The notes under the pieces: generated by a model | The model's database searches: none | Seen by the model: the letters and a program-made list of their open reading frames with translations, nothing else | What the model was told of the DNA's origin: nothing | Part shown: positions 29,649 through 39,382 of the stretch, one piece after another | Layout: each line of letters starts with the position of its first letter | Position numbering within the stretch: position 1 is the first letter of the stretch | Assembly (NCBI GenBank): GCA_963803705.1 | Contig: CAWDNU010000004.1 | Location: 640,001-704,000 of the forward strand | Source of the DNA: an uncultured Pseudobdellovibrionaceae bacterium | Lineage (GTDB): Bacteria; Bdellovibrionota; Bdellovibrionia; Bdellovibrionales; UBA1609 | DNA length: 64,000 bases | Reading direction: 5' to 3' | Position numbers and translations under genes: made by a program

Positions 29649-30512
29649 TTAGGATAGGACTTCTAAAATTTTTGCTTGCTCCTTGGTTAAATCCGATAGA
29701 GAACTCATCATCCCATTAGGTAGGCCCGATTGACAGTTCATAAGAAGATCATTTAGATCCTGATCTTTAAATACAGGCTCAATTAAAGATAATGCCTTTT
29801 TATTGTTTAGCTTCATCAAATGTATAACTTGCTCTAAAGTGACAGGCTCCTCTTCCATACGCCAGCTATCATAGTCGGTTACAAAACACATTGGCACATA
29901 CAGAAGATTAGCTTCAGCCGCCAAAGCATATTCAGGAAAGTTAGTCATACCGATTATATCTGCACCCCATATCCGATACATTATGGATTCTGCCCTGGTG
30001 GAAAAGTTCGGACCTTCCATACAGATATAAGTCTTTTTAAAATGAGTCTTAAAACTAAAGTCACTGTCTTTAACAATTTTTTCAAGAACCGGGAAAATTC
30101 TTAAATCTATAGGATTACCCATAGGTAAATGTCCTACTGTACAGCCCATCACGGGGTCTCCGAAAAATGTAGTTGTATCCATGCTCTTTTTTGTTCTATC
30201 GATATACTGATCTGGAACCACAAGATCGCCAGGCTCTAACTCTTCTTGCAAAGATCCTACTGCCGAAAATGAAAGCACAGCCTTGGCACCATTCTTTTTT
30301 AAAGCGTAAATATTTGCTTTATGATTTATTTGACTGGGTAGCTTTTCGTGTTTGAACCCATGTCTGGATAAAAACAGAAACTCCAAATTACCTAGTTTGG
30401 CTTTACATATACCTGATGAAGCCTGACCAAAAGGAGTCTGAGTATTTAATCTTTCAACCACTTCAAATTTGTCAAATTTTTCGAAACCCGAACCACCAAT
30501 AACTGCCCACAT
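29649..30512 (-). CDS. mtnP: 5'-methylthioadenosine phosphorylase
   Basis: AVIGGSG, FLSRHG, SAVGSL, EGPNFSTRAES, IIGMT and VTDYD motifs. Confidence 0.92.
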   Translation of the reverse strand: MWAVIGGSGFEKFDKFEVVERLNTQTPFGQASSGICKAKLGNLEFLFLSRHGFKHEKLPSQINHKANIYALKKNGAKAVLSFSAVGSLQEELEPGDLVVPDQYIDRTKKSMDTTTFFGDPVMGCTVGHLPMGNPIDLRIFPVLEKIVKDSDFSFKTHFKKTYICMEGPNFSTRAESIMYRIWGADIIGMTNFPEYALAAEANLLYVPMCFVTDYDSWRMEEEPVTLEQVIHLMKLNNKKALSLIEPVFKDQDLNDLLMNCQSGLPNGMMSSLSDLTKEQAKILEVLS

Positions 30513-30513
30513 T

Positions 30514-31614
30514 TTAAATTGCTCCTGACTTTTGATATTTCTTAAAAATTCCGCCTTTCACGTCTTCTAAATTAAAGTAAGATTGTTCTGTAATCCAGCC
30601 AGTGATCAAATCTGCAGGTGCCCAATCAAAGGCTGGGTTGTAAACTTCCGTAGAGCTATTAGCCCAAAGTCTTGAATAGTTGGTGGACACAAAACCCTGA
30701 ACTTCTTCCGGTTTTCGCAATTCAATTGGAATTTCCAGGCCTGAGCCAACAGAGCTATCGACGGTGGTCGTAGGGGCAACAATATAAAATGGAATATTAT
30801 GGTATTTAGCCAGTACGGCTAGACTGTAAGTGCCAATCTTATTGGCGGAGTCACCGTTTGATGCAATTCTATCCGCGCCTACCAAAATTGCATCTACTTT
30901 TTTCTGCATCATTAAAAAACCAGCCATATTGTCACAAATTAACTTATGCTTATATTTTCCTAGAGCTAACTCCCAGGTGGTCAAGCGCGCGCCCTGCAAG
31001 AGTGGTCTCGTTTCATCCACATAGGTCATAGTATCTGGAAACTCGTCGGAAAACTTTTTGATGACGCCCAAAGCTGTTCCCACTCCTGCAGTTGCTAATG
31101 CTCCAGTGTTACAATGAGTTAGTAAAGAAATCTTTTTATCCCCGCTATTATTCATCTCTAATTGATCACATAAAACTTTCAAGCCTATCAGAGATATATC
31201 CTGACATTTTTTTCGATCTTCTAAATAAAAAGCGTATGCTTTGTCAAAAATTAAGTCTCCTGCCTGATTACCAGCTACGAATGGCCTTAATTGGTTCATC
31301 AAGTGAACAAGATTAACAGCCGTGGGTCTAGACTCTATAAGCTGATTCCACCAGTATAATCGTTTGGACTTATCACTTTCCAGTTTGCAAAATAATCCAA
31401 AACTCAAAGCAGCTGTAACTCCAATTAACGGAGCTCCACGCACTTTTAAACACTTTATAGCCTGAACTGCATCTTTGGGTTTTGTAATATCGATCCACAC
31501 CTCGTTTGAGGGCAACTGAGTTTGATCTATGATTTCAAGCTGACTTTCGTTAAACTTTATACTTATTGTCTGTTCTTTTTTCATACTAAATCCGTTATAA
31601 AGTTTTAAAACCAA
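30514..31614 (-). CDS. mtnA: S-methyl-5-thioribose-1-phosphate isomerase (start probably ATG 31584)
   Basis: VRGAPLIG, RPTAVNL, LTHCNTGALAT, DETRPLLQGARLT, GADRI..NKIGTY and NPAFD motifs. Confidence 0.93.
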   Translation of the reverse strand: MVLKLYNGFSMKKEQTISIKFNESQLEIIDQTQLPSNEVWIDITKPKDAVQAIKCLKVRGAPLIGVTAALSFGLFCKLESDKSKRLYWWNQLIESRPTAVNLVHLMNQLRPFVAGNQAGDLIFDKAYAFYLEDRKKCQDISLIGLKVLCDQLEMNNSGDKKISLLTHCNTGALATAGVGTALGVIKKFSDEFPDTMTYVDETRPLLQGARLTTWELALGKYKHKLICDNMAGFLMMQKKVDAILVGADRIASNGDSANKIGTYSLAVLAKYHNIPFYIVAPTTTVDSSVGSGLEIPIELRKPEEVQGFVSTNYSRLWANSSTEVYNPAFDWAPADLITGWITEQSYFNLEDVKGGIFKKYQKSGAI

Positions 31615-32287
31615 TTTTCTTTCGTAGTCTTATCAACTCTTCGATTTCATTTTTAGGTAAGCAGTGTACGTACCCCATTGCTTTGGCTTTCAAAAATATT
31701 TCAGCAGCGTGTTCAATTCTTTCTAGTCCTCGGTAAGCTTCCTCAATATTTTCGCCCCAGCTGACAGCACCGTGAAACTGCAAGATTAAAACTTTCGATT
31801 CATCTAGAAATGGACACAATGCTTTACCCATATTCGGAGTGCCCGGCCTTTGATATGGTACGATCGGCACATAACCTAAAGCTAGTACGAGTTCAGAAAT
31901 AAAATTCATAGGAAAATTTTTTTCTTCTGGAAAAGCAACACTGTACGCGACAGTGGTTGGTGGATGTGCGTGAAATACGGATTTAGCTAAGGGTTGGTTT
32001 TCGTAAATCTGCAAGTGCATTGATGTTTCGGAAGAGGCCACGGTCGATTGATCAAAATCCAACAATTCAGGTATGTTTAGCTTTTGACCAGCAGAATTGA
32101 TCAGCACAAAATCTTTTGCTTCTAATTCACCCTTCATACAACCAGAACGAGTGATCAGAATCAAATCTTCATCGAGGCGCACACTTAGGTTTCCGTCGAA
32201 AGAAGAAACGAAATTTTTATGGCTCAGCTTATGTCCAAGTCGCATTAGGTTAACAATGTGTTTTTTTATGATAGACTTATTAAGCAA
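31595..32287 (-). CDS. class II aldolase/adducin-family protein (MtnB/Ald2-like)
   Basis: GNLSVR, SSETSMH, HAHPP and HGAVSWG metal-binding motifs. Confidence 0.88.
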   Translation of the reverse strand: MLNKSIIKKHIVNLMRLGHKLSHKNFVSSFDGNLSVRLDEDLILITRSGCMKGELEAKDFVLINSAGQKLNIPELLDFDQSTVASSETSMHLQIYENQPLAKSVFHAHPPTTVAYSVAFPEEKNFPMNFISELVLALGYVPIVPYQRPGTPNMGKALCPFLDESKVLILQFHGAVSWGENIEEAYRGLERIEHAAEIFLKAKAMGYVHCLPKNEIEELIRLRKKIGFKTL

Positions 32288-33327
32288 TGACGACTCCGAT
32301 TAACCAATTGTACGCATCCATCGATGAGCAGCTGCGAGGGCTGGGTTTTTCATATCAAAAACCAGCCGGCTTATCAAAAAGCATTTTGGAGGCTTCACGA
32401 TATTTTATTAGTAACGCAGGCCCTTCACCCTGGGAAAACAAAAACTTTCAAGCTGCTTATATTGCTCATTTTTTACCCATGAACACTCTTCGTTGGCTGA
32501 AACTTTTTGAACGCATGGAAAAAAGCGATCTTAACTTTGGCAAAAACTTTTTAGACTTTGGCGCAGGTCCCTTAACCTTCAAAATAGCATACCACTTGAA
32601 GTATCCCGATAAGGACATAAGTTACTCTTACGTTGAGAAGGACGATTTACCTGTATATCTGGGTGAAAAAATTTTAAGTTCAATTTACAAACACACGGGT
32701 CGAACCGGAGTTCAGTCAAAAAAAGAAAACCAACTTGAAATTACAGACAAGCAAGGAATAACATTAGTGCTTTCGTACTCACTAAATGAATTAGATTCAG
32801 TGCCTTCTGCAATTTGGGATTTTGATCAAATTTTAATTCTTGAACCTTCAAATCAACAAACCTCTAGGTCTTTGATTGAATTAAGAGCAAAGGCCATCGA
32901 AAAAGGGTTCAGCCCCAAAGCCCCTTGCCTACATGCTGAACAATGTCCAATGCTGGCTCATTCAAAAAAAGACTGGTGCTTTGACAGAGCTCACATACAG
33001 CTACCCGATTTAACCAAGCCGCTTTATAAAAATCTTCCTTTTAAAACTAATTATCTTACTTTCTCTTATCTTTACTTAACCAAAGAAGACCTCAAAAAAA
33101 ATATCAGAAAATTTAGAGCGGTTGGGGATTGGCAAAAAGAGAAAGGTAAAGAGAAAATACAGATTTGTCGTTCAAGCTCCAAAGAATTTATAAGTAATCT
33201 AAAGAAAAACAAAAAAGCGTTCAAAAAATTAACGGATTTTGGTCGGGGAGATCTAAAAGATTTTTCTTTTGACTATGAAATCAAAGGAAATGAACTTAGA
33301 ATAAGCAAAGAAAAACAGAAGGGATAA
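32287..33327 (+). CDS. Rsm22/METTL17-like SAM methyltransferase
   Basis: AAYIAHFLPMN, LDFGAGP, SYSLNEL, ILEP and APCLH...CP...WC. Confidence 0.75.
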   Translation: MTTPINQLYASIDEQLRGLGFSYQKPAGLSKSILEASRYFISNAGPSPWENKNFQAAYIAHFLPMNTLRWLKLFERMEKSDLNFGKNFLDFGAGPLTFKIAYHLKYPDKDISYSYVEKDDLPVYLGEKILSSIYKHTGRTGVQSKKENQLEITDKQGITLVLSYSLNELDSVPSAIWDFDQILILEPSNQQTSRSLIELRAKAIEKGFSPKAPCLHAEQCPMLAHSKKDWCFDRAHIQLPDLTKPLYKNLPFKTNYLTFSYLYLTKEDLKKNIRKFRAVGDWQKEKGKEKIQICRSSSKEFISNLKKNKKAFKKLTDFGRGDLKDFSFDYEIKGNELRISKEKQKG

Positions 33328-33334
33328 GATAAAC

Positions 33335-34150
33335 ATGAAAGTAAAGATTTTTTTTATTTGCTTTATTCTATTTTACTTCTTTCCAAGCATCGTATTTGCA
33401 GTCAATTGCAGTTTTGAAAATCGAAATATAGATTCAGCTGATTCAAAATTTTTGAAAGACAGTATTTTTGCCCTCAGCTTGCAACTTACAAATGAATCTT
33501 TTAACTCTAATAAAGCCGTTCAAGCTCGTTCTAAAATGTTTGATATGGTTTTTGACACCCCCTACTGGAACCGACGATTTGCTAAAAAAAATGAATTTAC
33601 CTTCTTTTGGAATTGGGTCCGATTTCAATATTGGGGTTTATTGCAGCAACAAGCCTTGCTAAAAGAAGATCAAGGCTTCCTAACTACAAACAATAAAGCT
33701 TTGGCTGACAGCTACGCTTCTATCTACAAGCTACCCATATATCCACAGCCGGTTACCATAATTAATCATGTTTGCAGATCCCTTGAAAAAAACATTTATC
33801 CCTGCGATCAACAGATTTTAAAAGCAGAAGTGGTTTTTTCACCGGCTTTAGCATGCAGCAAGTCTATGAATCTAAACAGTTTGAAATTTCAATATTATAT
33901 AACTAAAACACCGGCTGGGTGGGCCATTTTAGATGTAAAATTTAAAGGTCGTCGCCTTATTCTAGACTCTTTTAACGAATATGACGACTTGATGAATAAA
34001 TACGGAAACGAAAGGGCTATAAACTACTTAAAGAAATTAATACATAAAATTTTTTTAGTAACACCAGATAAAAACAGTAGGCAAAGTGGTTCGTTGAAAT
34101 TCTATCAGGCTTACAAAATTGATGCTCCCACCTATCCAATCAATTACTAG
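33335..34150 (+). CDS. exported protein with MlaC/Ttg2D-like C-terminal region
   Basis: Signal peptide; GWAILDVKFKGRRLILDSFNEYDDLMNKYG resembles the MlaC C-terminal motif. Confidence 0.45.
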   Translation: MKVKIFFICFILFYFFPSIVFAVNCSFENRNIDSADSKFLKDSIFALSLQLTNESFNSNKAVQARSKMFDMVFDTPYWNRRFAKKNEFTFFWNWVRFQYWGLLQQQALLKEDQGFLTTNNKALADSYASIYKLPIYPQPVTIINHVCRSLEKNIYPCDQQILKAEVVFSPALACSKSMNLNSLKFQYYITKTPAGWAILDVKFKGRRLILDSFNEYDDLMNKYGNERAINYLKKLIHKIFLVTPDKNSRQSGSLKFYQAYKIDAPTYPINY

Positions 34151-34212
34151 TAGCTTAACAAAAAACAATTTTATGTTACGACAGCTCAGATAGGCAGGTA
34201 TCCATTTTAAGG

Positions 34213-35007
34213 TTATCCGGCAGAAGCTAACATTTCATAGTCTAGAATTTCACGACTTAGATTTTTCTTTATAGGTCCATCTTCCAAATTTGAAATTCTA
34301 GATTTGTAAAAAGATGCTGTGCTGTTGTCTAGCAAAATTTTTAAATTTTCAGCCAATGCGTTAGCTACCTTCGGACTGCCAGTTGATATCTCTGAAAAAA
34401 TTCTTTGATGTATTACAATCTTGTCTGCTTCACCAGTGTAGGTTTTTAAATACTCGATGGTTTCAGGTATTAAGCGCGCATTGTAATAGCTAATATACTC
34501 ATCCAAAACTAAATCGCGCCATTCGTCAGACTGAAGTTTGTCTTTCCGAATCTCTGATAGAACAGTTTTTTTAACGTATCCGTCAGGAATTTTGGCTGCA
34601 GATTTTAAAATTTTATTTTTTAGTGGATTAGATAACAAACTAACATCTTGAAGATGAACATTTATTGATTTGTAGATCTCAAGCTCATAGGAGCGAGGAT
34701 CTGCTTGAGAAAAATTGCAATCTTGACTTTCAACGCATTTTTTTAACTTTACATATTTTTTTACAAAAAATGTGTCCGCTGGCTCTGGATTGGAAATACT
34801 ATTAATTGCATTTTGTTGGTTTATTTTATCGTCATCTTTATTAATTTGGGACGGATACCTATTTAAATTAGTGTCACTTCCTTGCTCAAAAATTTTTCTG
34901 CTAACTTCGAATTCAGAGTCAGCTTTGAACATCTTTGAAAAGTAAAATCCAAATCCCACTAAAGCAAATGCTATTATTATTAAAAATAAGTCGAACTTTT
35001 TCATCAT
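34213..35007 (-). CDS. membrane-anchored helical hypothetical protein
   Basis: N-terminal TM segment; translationally coupled to the upstream lysozyme-like gene. Confidence 0.7.
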   Translation of the reverse strand: MMKKFDLFLIIIAFALVGFGFYFSKMFKADSEFEVSRKIFEQGSDTNLNRYPSQINKDDDKINQQNAINSISNPEPADTFFVKKYVKLKKCVESQDCNFSQADPRSYELEIYKSINVHLQDVSLLSNPLKNKILKSAAKIPDGYVKKTVLSEIRKDKLQSDEWRDLVLDEYISYYNARLIPETIEYLKTYTGEADKIVIHQRIFSEISTGSPKVANALAENLKILLDNSTASFYKSRISNLEDGPIKKNLSREILDYEMLASAG

Positions 35008-36659
35008 TTCACCTTTGTCCAGTTGGTTACGTTCGGAGTCGGTGCAAGGCGACCTGAATAGATAAATCCTTTCTCACCCTTGTACTCTACTCGATAGTAA
35101 ACATGCTTATCTTCTCCGCGAAAAACTCTTGATAAAACAACTAGCCTTTCTGAACCAGGAACAGTCAGCTGTAGCGATCCACCAGGTGTTGACCTCATAT
35201 TTATACCTGAAGCTGCTGATACTTCTATAATATCATCTTGATTAGCTATAAATAGTTTTGCAGAATTTGAATAAGATTTTTTAGTATATCTTGATTTATT
35301 ATTTTCATTTCCAGTATAGATATAGCCAGTGCCATTACTAGATGAGATTAAGTAATAAAGAATTTTGGTTCGCTCATTTCTATATATATCTAAGACTTGG
35401 TAAGTGCTGTTTTCAGACACTGTAGTAATTCTTTCACCACCAGGAGTTTTTCTTAAATTAATATTTGCCTGAGTCAGTATAAAATCACCGATAGTTACCT
35501 CGCCACTAGGAAAACATTTTGTTTCCGGGTTTATCATCCGTGTGGCTACGTCTTTATCAGTTTCAGATTCTAAATCAATAAGCTTCTTATCTGAATCAAT
35601 TCCGAAGAGATCTACCAAACACTGAGTTCCTAAGTTTGATGGCAAGCAGCTTAGAAAAGAGTTGTTCCACGTACAGCTTAAATTTTTACTTTTAACTTCG
35701 TAAAGATTTTCTACAGACAGGTTAAATCCGTCAGATGGAGTCCCAACTGGAGGGGTCGGAACAACAACTGGTGGTAAGGGACTAACAGTAGAGTCAAAAC
35801 ACTGCAAACCACCGTCTTGAACTAAACAGGAAAAATTATAGTCAAAAGTGTTTGCGTTAGTTAGATGTTTTTTCCATCCCTTAATTTTATAGTGATCCCA
35901 AAAGTTTCTATCATTTTTGTACCAACGATGAGAAGTGTTTTTCCACCTACAAACACTTCCCTCACCACCGTTATACATTGAGTAAGTTGCGCGAGTTCTA
36001 GCTAAATAATTTCCGGCTCCTCCAACGCAGCTAGCCCGTCCAGCTTTAGTCCAAAGGCTATAGAAAAGATCGAGGCCATATATTATGTTATCCTGAAGCC
36101 TTGCTGCCCCACCGCCTTTTACGTAGGAAAAATGCCACCGGTCGTCCACCTGCATAAGGCCGTGGCCATGTCCAAAATCTCCACGCAACATCCTCATTTG
36201 GCCATCAGTGCCCTTTCGATAATGTGTCCAGATACTTTCGTGGTAAGATACAGCCAAAATTGCGTCAGCCCATGCAGTTGTTTCTTCGTCAGATGCTGCT
36301 GGCAATCTTTTCTTAAGATATTTTGTAGCTATACCGGTCATCAATCCGTTCATCTCGTTACTGTAACGGGTGTTTTCTCTTTTCTTTGCTGTGCTCGAAG
36401 AGCTGTATTTGCTATCGTCGTAAGTAACTTGGGACCAATAGGATTTAACTTCAGCTGGTTTTTGAAACGGACTTACCAGACAGATGTTTGCGGCACGACC
36501 TACTGTCCAGCTTCCACCTTGTCGGCTTTGACACATCCAAAAGTCAGCAGTGTTTACTTTTTGGGCCTGAGCAAATTGTCCTCCCAAATTAAAGGGCAAA
36601 TGAAATAGACAGCTAAAAATAATAACGAATACAGCAAGGGGTGATTTTAGTTTTTCCAT
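35004..36659 (-). CDS. exported lysozyme/lytic-transglycosylase-like protein with two C-terminal SH3b-like domains
   Basis: Signal peptide; AVSYHES (catalytic Glu), GHGLMQVD, MYNGG; two IN(L/M)RxTPGG..YY...GYIY units. Confidence 0.78.
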   Translation of the reverse strand: MEKLKSPLAVFVIIFSCLFHLPFNLGGQFAQAQKVNTADFWMCQSRQGGSWTVGRAANICLVSPFQKPAEVKSYWSQVTYDDSKYSSSSTAKKRENTRYSNEMNGLMTGIATKYLKKRLPAASDEETTAWADAILAVSYHESIWTHYRKGTDGQMRMLRGDFGHGHGLMQVDDRWHFSYVKGGGAARLQDNIIYGLDLFYSLWTKAGRASCVGGAGNYLARTRATYSMYNGGEGSVCRWKNTSHRWYKNDRNFWDHYKIKGWKKHLTNANTFDYNFSCLVQDGGLQCFDSTVSPLPPVVVPTPPVGTPSDGFNLSVENLYEVKSKNLSCTWNNSFLSCLPSNLGTQCLVDLFGIDSDKKLIDLESETDKDVATRMINPETKCFPSGEVTIGDFILTQANINLRKTPGGERITTVSENSTYQVLDIYRNERTKILYYLISSSNGTGYIYTGNENNKSRYTKKSYSNSAKLFIANQDDIIEVSAASGINMRSTPGGSLQLTVPGSERLVVLSRVFRGEDKHVYYRVEYKGEKGFIYSGRLAPTPNVTNWTKVK

Positions 36660-36666
36660 GACTAAA

Positions 36667-36694
36667 ATCTCGGTAGACTTCAGTCCAGACTAAC
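36667..36694 (-). promoter_or_regulatory. putative sigma28 promoter
   Basis: TTAG-N15-ACCGAGAT, 7 nt upstream of ATG 36659. Confidence 0.45.
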
Positions 36695-36783
36695 TATTCT
36701 TTTAAAGATTTTAAAATAATGTGTTTGAGAATGCACATACCTTTGTCACATCTAGGTCTAGCGGCTCAGATTGAGAAAGAAAT

Positions 36784-37452
36784 CTATTTTTTTTGATTAC
36801 GATTTGATAATACATACGACACTTTTGTTAAATCCAAATTTGGTAAGCTCTGATGGCCTTCTTCAGAAAAGCAAAAGTCATAGCCCAATTCTTGGCTCAC
36901 CTCAAAATCGTGATCAGTATCGCCGATGTACAGTCCTTTTTTGTAACCTTTTTTTCTAAACACAGAACTCATGGCCTTTGCTTGGTCAATTTTTCCATGT
37001 GCATAGATGTCGCTTGCACCTGAAATACTGTTAAAATACTGGGTAATTTCAAAATGATTAATTTGAAATTTAAGGTCTTCAATATTTGCAGCAGATAAAA
37101 CATACTGACTAATATTTAATTTTCTAACCATATCTAAAATTTCAATCGTATCATTATATAGTTTAAGCTCTTTTTTATAAGACCTATAAATAGTCATAAA
37201 TTTATTGGCTACTCGATCGAACTCTGAACCAGAAGACGGTAAGCCTAGTGACGCGTAATACTTAGATATAGGAAAACCAAAGCAGCTTCTATATTCGCTC
37301 ATAGTTATTTGGTCTATACCTTCTTCGCTTAAGACTTGATTGATCACTTTATGAGTGTGAAACGAATCGTCAAGCAATGTCCCATTCCAATCCCACACGA
37401 CTACATCGTAAGGTAGCAAAAAATCTGCAAAACTTTGAACCGAATGAATCAT
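36784..37452 (-). CDS. HAD-superfamily hydrolase (phosphoglycolate-phosphatase-like)
   Basis: WDWNGTLLD motif I; LYIGDTDHD motif IV. Confidence 0.88.
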   Translation of the reverse strand: MIHSVQSFADFLLPYDVVVWDWNGTLLDDSFHTHKVINQVLSEEGIDQITMSEYRSCFGFPISKYYASLGLPSSGSEFDRVANKFMTIYRSYKKELKLYNDTIEILDMVRKLNISQYVLSAANIEDLKFQINHFEITQYFNSISGASDIYAHGKIDQAKAMSSVFRKKGYKKGLYIGDTDHDFEVSQELGYDFCFSEEGHQSLPNLDLTKVSYVLSNRNQKK

Positions 37453-37498
37453 AGATACGACTTATGTCCTATTTTTAAAAAAGTCAAAGACAGACCAT

Positions 37499-37526
37499 TA
37501 AAGTCCTTGAGATCTCAATCCGATAC
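37499..37526 (+). promoter_or_regulatory. putative sigma28 promoter
   Basis: TAAAG-N15-TCCGATAC upstream of the TSP1-vWA gene. Confidence 0.6.
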
Positions 37527-37578
37527 AATCTCTAGAGTAGATTTTTTTTAATTTTTATTTATAGAAAAGGACAGTCAT

Positions 37579-39330
37579 ATGTATGCTATCTCGTGCAAAA
37601 TAAACTTACATCAATTATTGATCTGCTTTCTGCTGATAATGTCTGCAGGGTGCTCTGACAGCGAGTTTACAACTGAAGGCTGCGATAGCGAAGACGGTTG
37701 CAACTCTTCTTTTTCTTGGGACATATCAACTTGGAACACTTGCGACGCCGCATGTGATGGTGGCACGCAAACTCGTACCGTAGTGTGTAAAGATCCAGAC
37801 GGCAGTGTTAATCCGGATGGTAGATGCCCCGGGGACAAACCAACTACAAGTCAAATATGTAATGTACAAACCTGCACTAGTGACTACACTTGGCTTATAG
37901 GCGATTGGAGCACCTGTTCCAAAACCTGTGGCGGTGGTGTTCAAACAAGATCAATTGTATGTAAGTACAAAGATGGAACAACTGCTACGGATAGCAACTG
38001 CCCGACTCCTAAACCAACTTCAGAGCAGCCTTGTAACTCAGAGACTTGCGTAAAAACCTACTCGTGGAAAACTACCGACTGGAGCTCTTGTTCGAAAACT
38101 TGTGGTAACGGAACACAAACTAGAATTGTTTACTGTGCCGACCAAACAGGTGCAACCGCCGATGCAAGTTTATGCACTGGCACTAAGCCTCCATCTGAAC
38201 AGCTGTGTAACACCCAGCCATGTACATCTACATACAGTTGGATCACTGGCGACTGGAGCACTTGCTCGAAAACTTGTGGAAATGGAACACAAACAAGATC
38301 TGTATCTTGTCAAAGAACTGATGGTCAGTTTGTAGCGGGTAGCTTTTGTACAGGTGCTCAACCCAACAGCACACAGGCATGTAATACCCAGGCCTGCGTC
38401 GGTGTTTGCACTGATTCTCGAGTTGTGAACGCAAGTATAGAAGGATCATCAGCGCAATTAGATATCTTACTGGTAGTGGATGATTCTGGTTCAATGGCAG
38501 CTGATAACTTGAAACTTGCCAATCGACTAAAAGGTTTCGCTGATGATCTTACCAATAGATGTAAGGTTGACTGGCAAATGTGCGTTACCACTACTGATGT
38601 AGACCATTTCAAAGGCCGACCAATTATGTGGCAAGGTTTGGGTCATCATATATTAAAGCCCACAACACCTAACTTGGATTCTGTATTCTTGAACACTATT
38701 AAATGGATAGGCCATGGTTGGAGCAACGATGAACAGGGTATCAAAGCCATGAATCTCTCGGTGCTAGATAATTCACGGTCCAACTGTTATCGACCTAACG
38801 CCTCACTTTCAGTGGTTGTTATATCAGATGAAGATGAAAGATCTGTTGGTGGAAATTCAAGCCTAAGCACTCTTCAGTACAAACCTTTAGAGACTTTAAA
38901 TCAACCAGTATCATTCCCTAAAACGATCAGAGATACCTTTGGGAACGACAAAAAATTCAATGTAAACTCTATCATCGTGAAAGATGCTCAATGTAAAGCA
39001 GAGCAAGATGCTCAAGGTGCAGGAGCAAAAAGTTTCTATGGAACAAAATATATGGCTTTGTCTAACATGAAATCAGGTAAACAAACCCAAGGCGGAATAG
39101 GAAGTATCTGTAGCTCGGATTACAGACCACACCTAAATCTGTTTGCCGATCACATAGTTCAGACAATGTCAGCGATTGATCTAGAGTGTGCTCCGGTAGA
39201 ATCTCCAAAAGTTGGAGTAAGACCTGCACCTACAAGTCAATGGATTTCAGTTATAAACAATCAATTAATATTTACACCAGTGCTTCGTGGTCCGGCAGAA
39301 GTTACAGGTTCATATTGCTGTGCAAAATAA
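37579..39330 (+). CDS. lipoprotein with four thrombospondin type-1 (ADAMTS-like) repeats and a C-terminal vWA-like domain
   Basis: Lipobox SAGC; 4 x WxxxxWxxCxxxCxxGxQTRxxxC; MIDAS-like DILLVVDDSGSM; VVISDEDE. Confidence 0.88.
   Translation: MYAISCKINLHQLLICFLLIMSAGCSDSEFTTEGCDSEDGCNSSFSWDISTWNTCDAACDGGTQTRTVVCKDPDGSVNPDGRCPGDKPTTSQICNVQTCTSDYTWLIGDWSTCSKTCGGGVQTRSIVCKYKDGTTATDSNCPTPKPTSEQPCNSETCVKTYSWKTTDWSSCSKTCGNGTQTRIVYCADQTGATADASLCTGTKPPSEQLCNTQPCTSTYSWITGDWSTCSKTCGNGTQTRSVSCQRTDGQFVAGSFCTGAQPNSTQACNTQACVGVCTDSRVVNASIEGSSAQLDILLVVDDSGSMAADNLKLANRLKGFADDLTNRCKVDWQMCVTTTDVDHFKGRPIMWQGLGHHILKPTTPNLDSVFLNTIKWIGHGWSNDEQGIKAMNLSVLDNSRSNCYRPNASLSVVVISDEDERSVGGNSSLSTLQYKPLETLNQPVSFPKTIRDTFGNDKKFNVNSIIVKDAQCKAEQDAQGAGAKSFYGTKYMALSNMKSGKQTQGGIGSICSSDYRPHLNLFADHIVQTMSAIDLECAPVESPKVGVRPAPTSQWISVINNQLIFTPVLRGPAEVTGSYCCAK
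37711..38397 (+). repeat. four tandem ~174-bp coding repeats (TSP1 domains)
   Basis: 58-aa periodicity; for example WSTCSKTCG/WSSCSKTCG in repeats 2-4. Confidence 0.9.
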
Positions 39331-39382
39331 TAGACCTATAGGTAGAACTATAAAGCTTAGAGCTTATAAGAAGGAGAAATAA

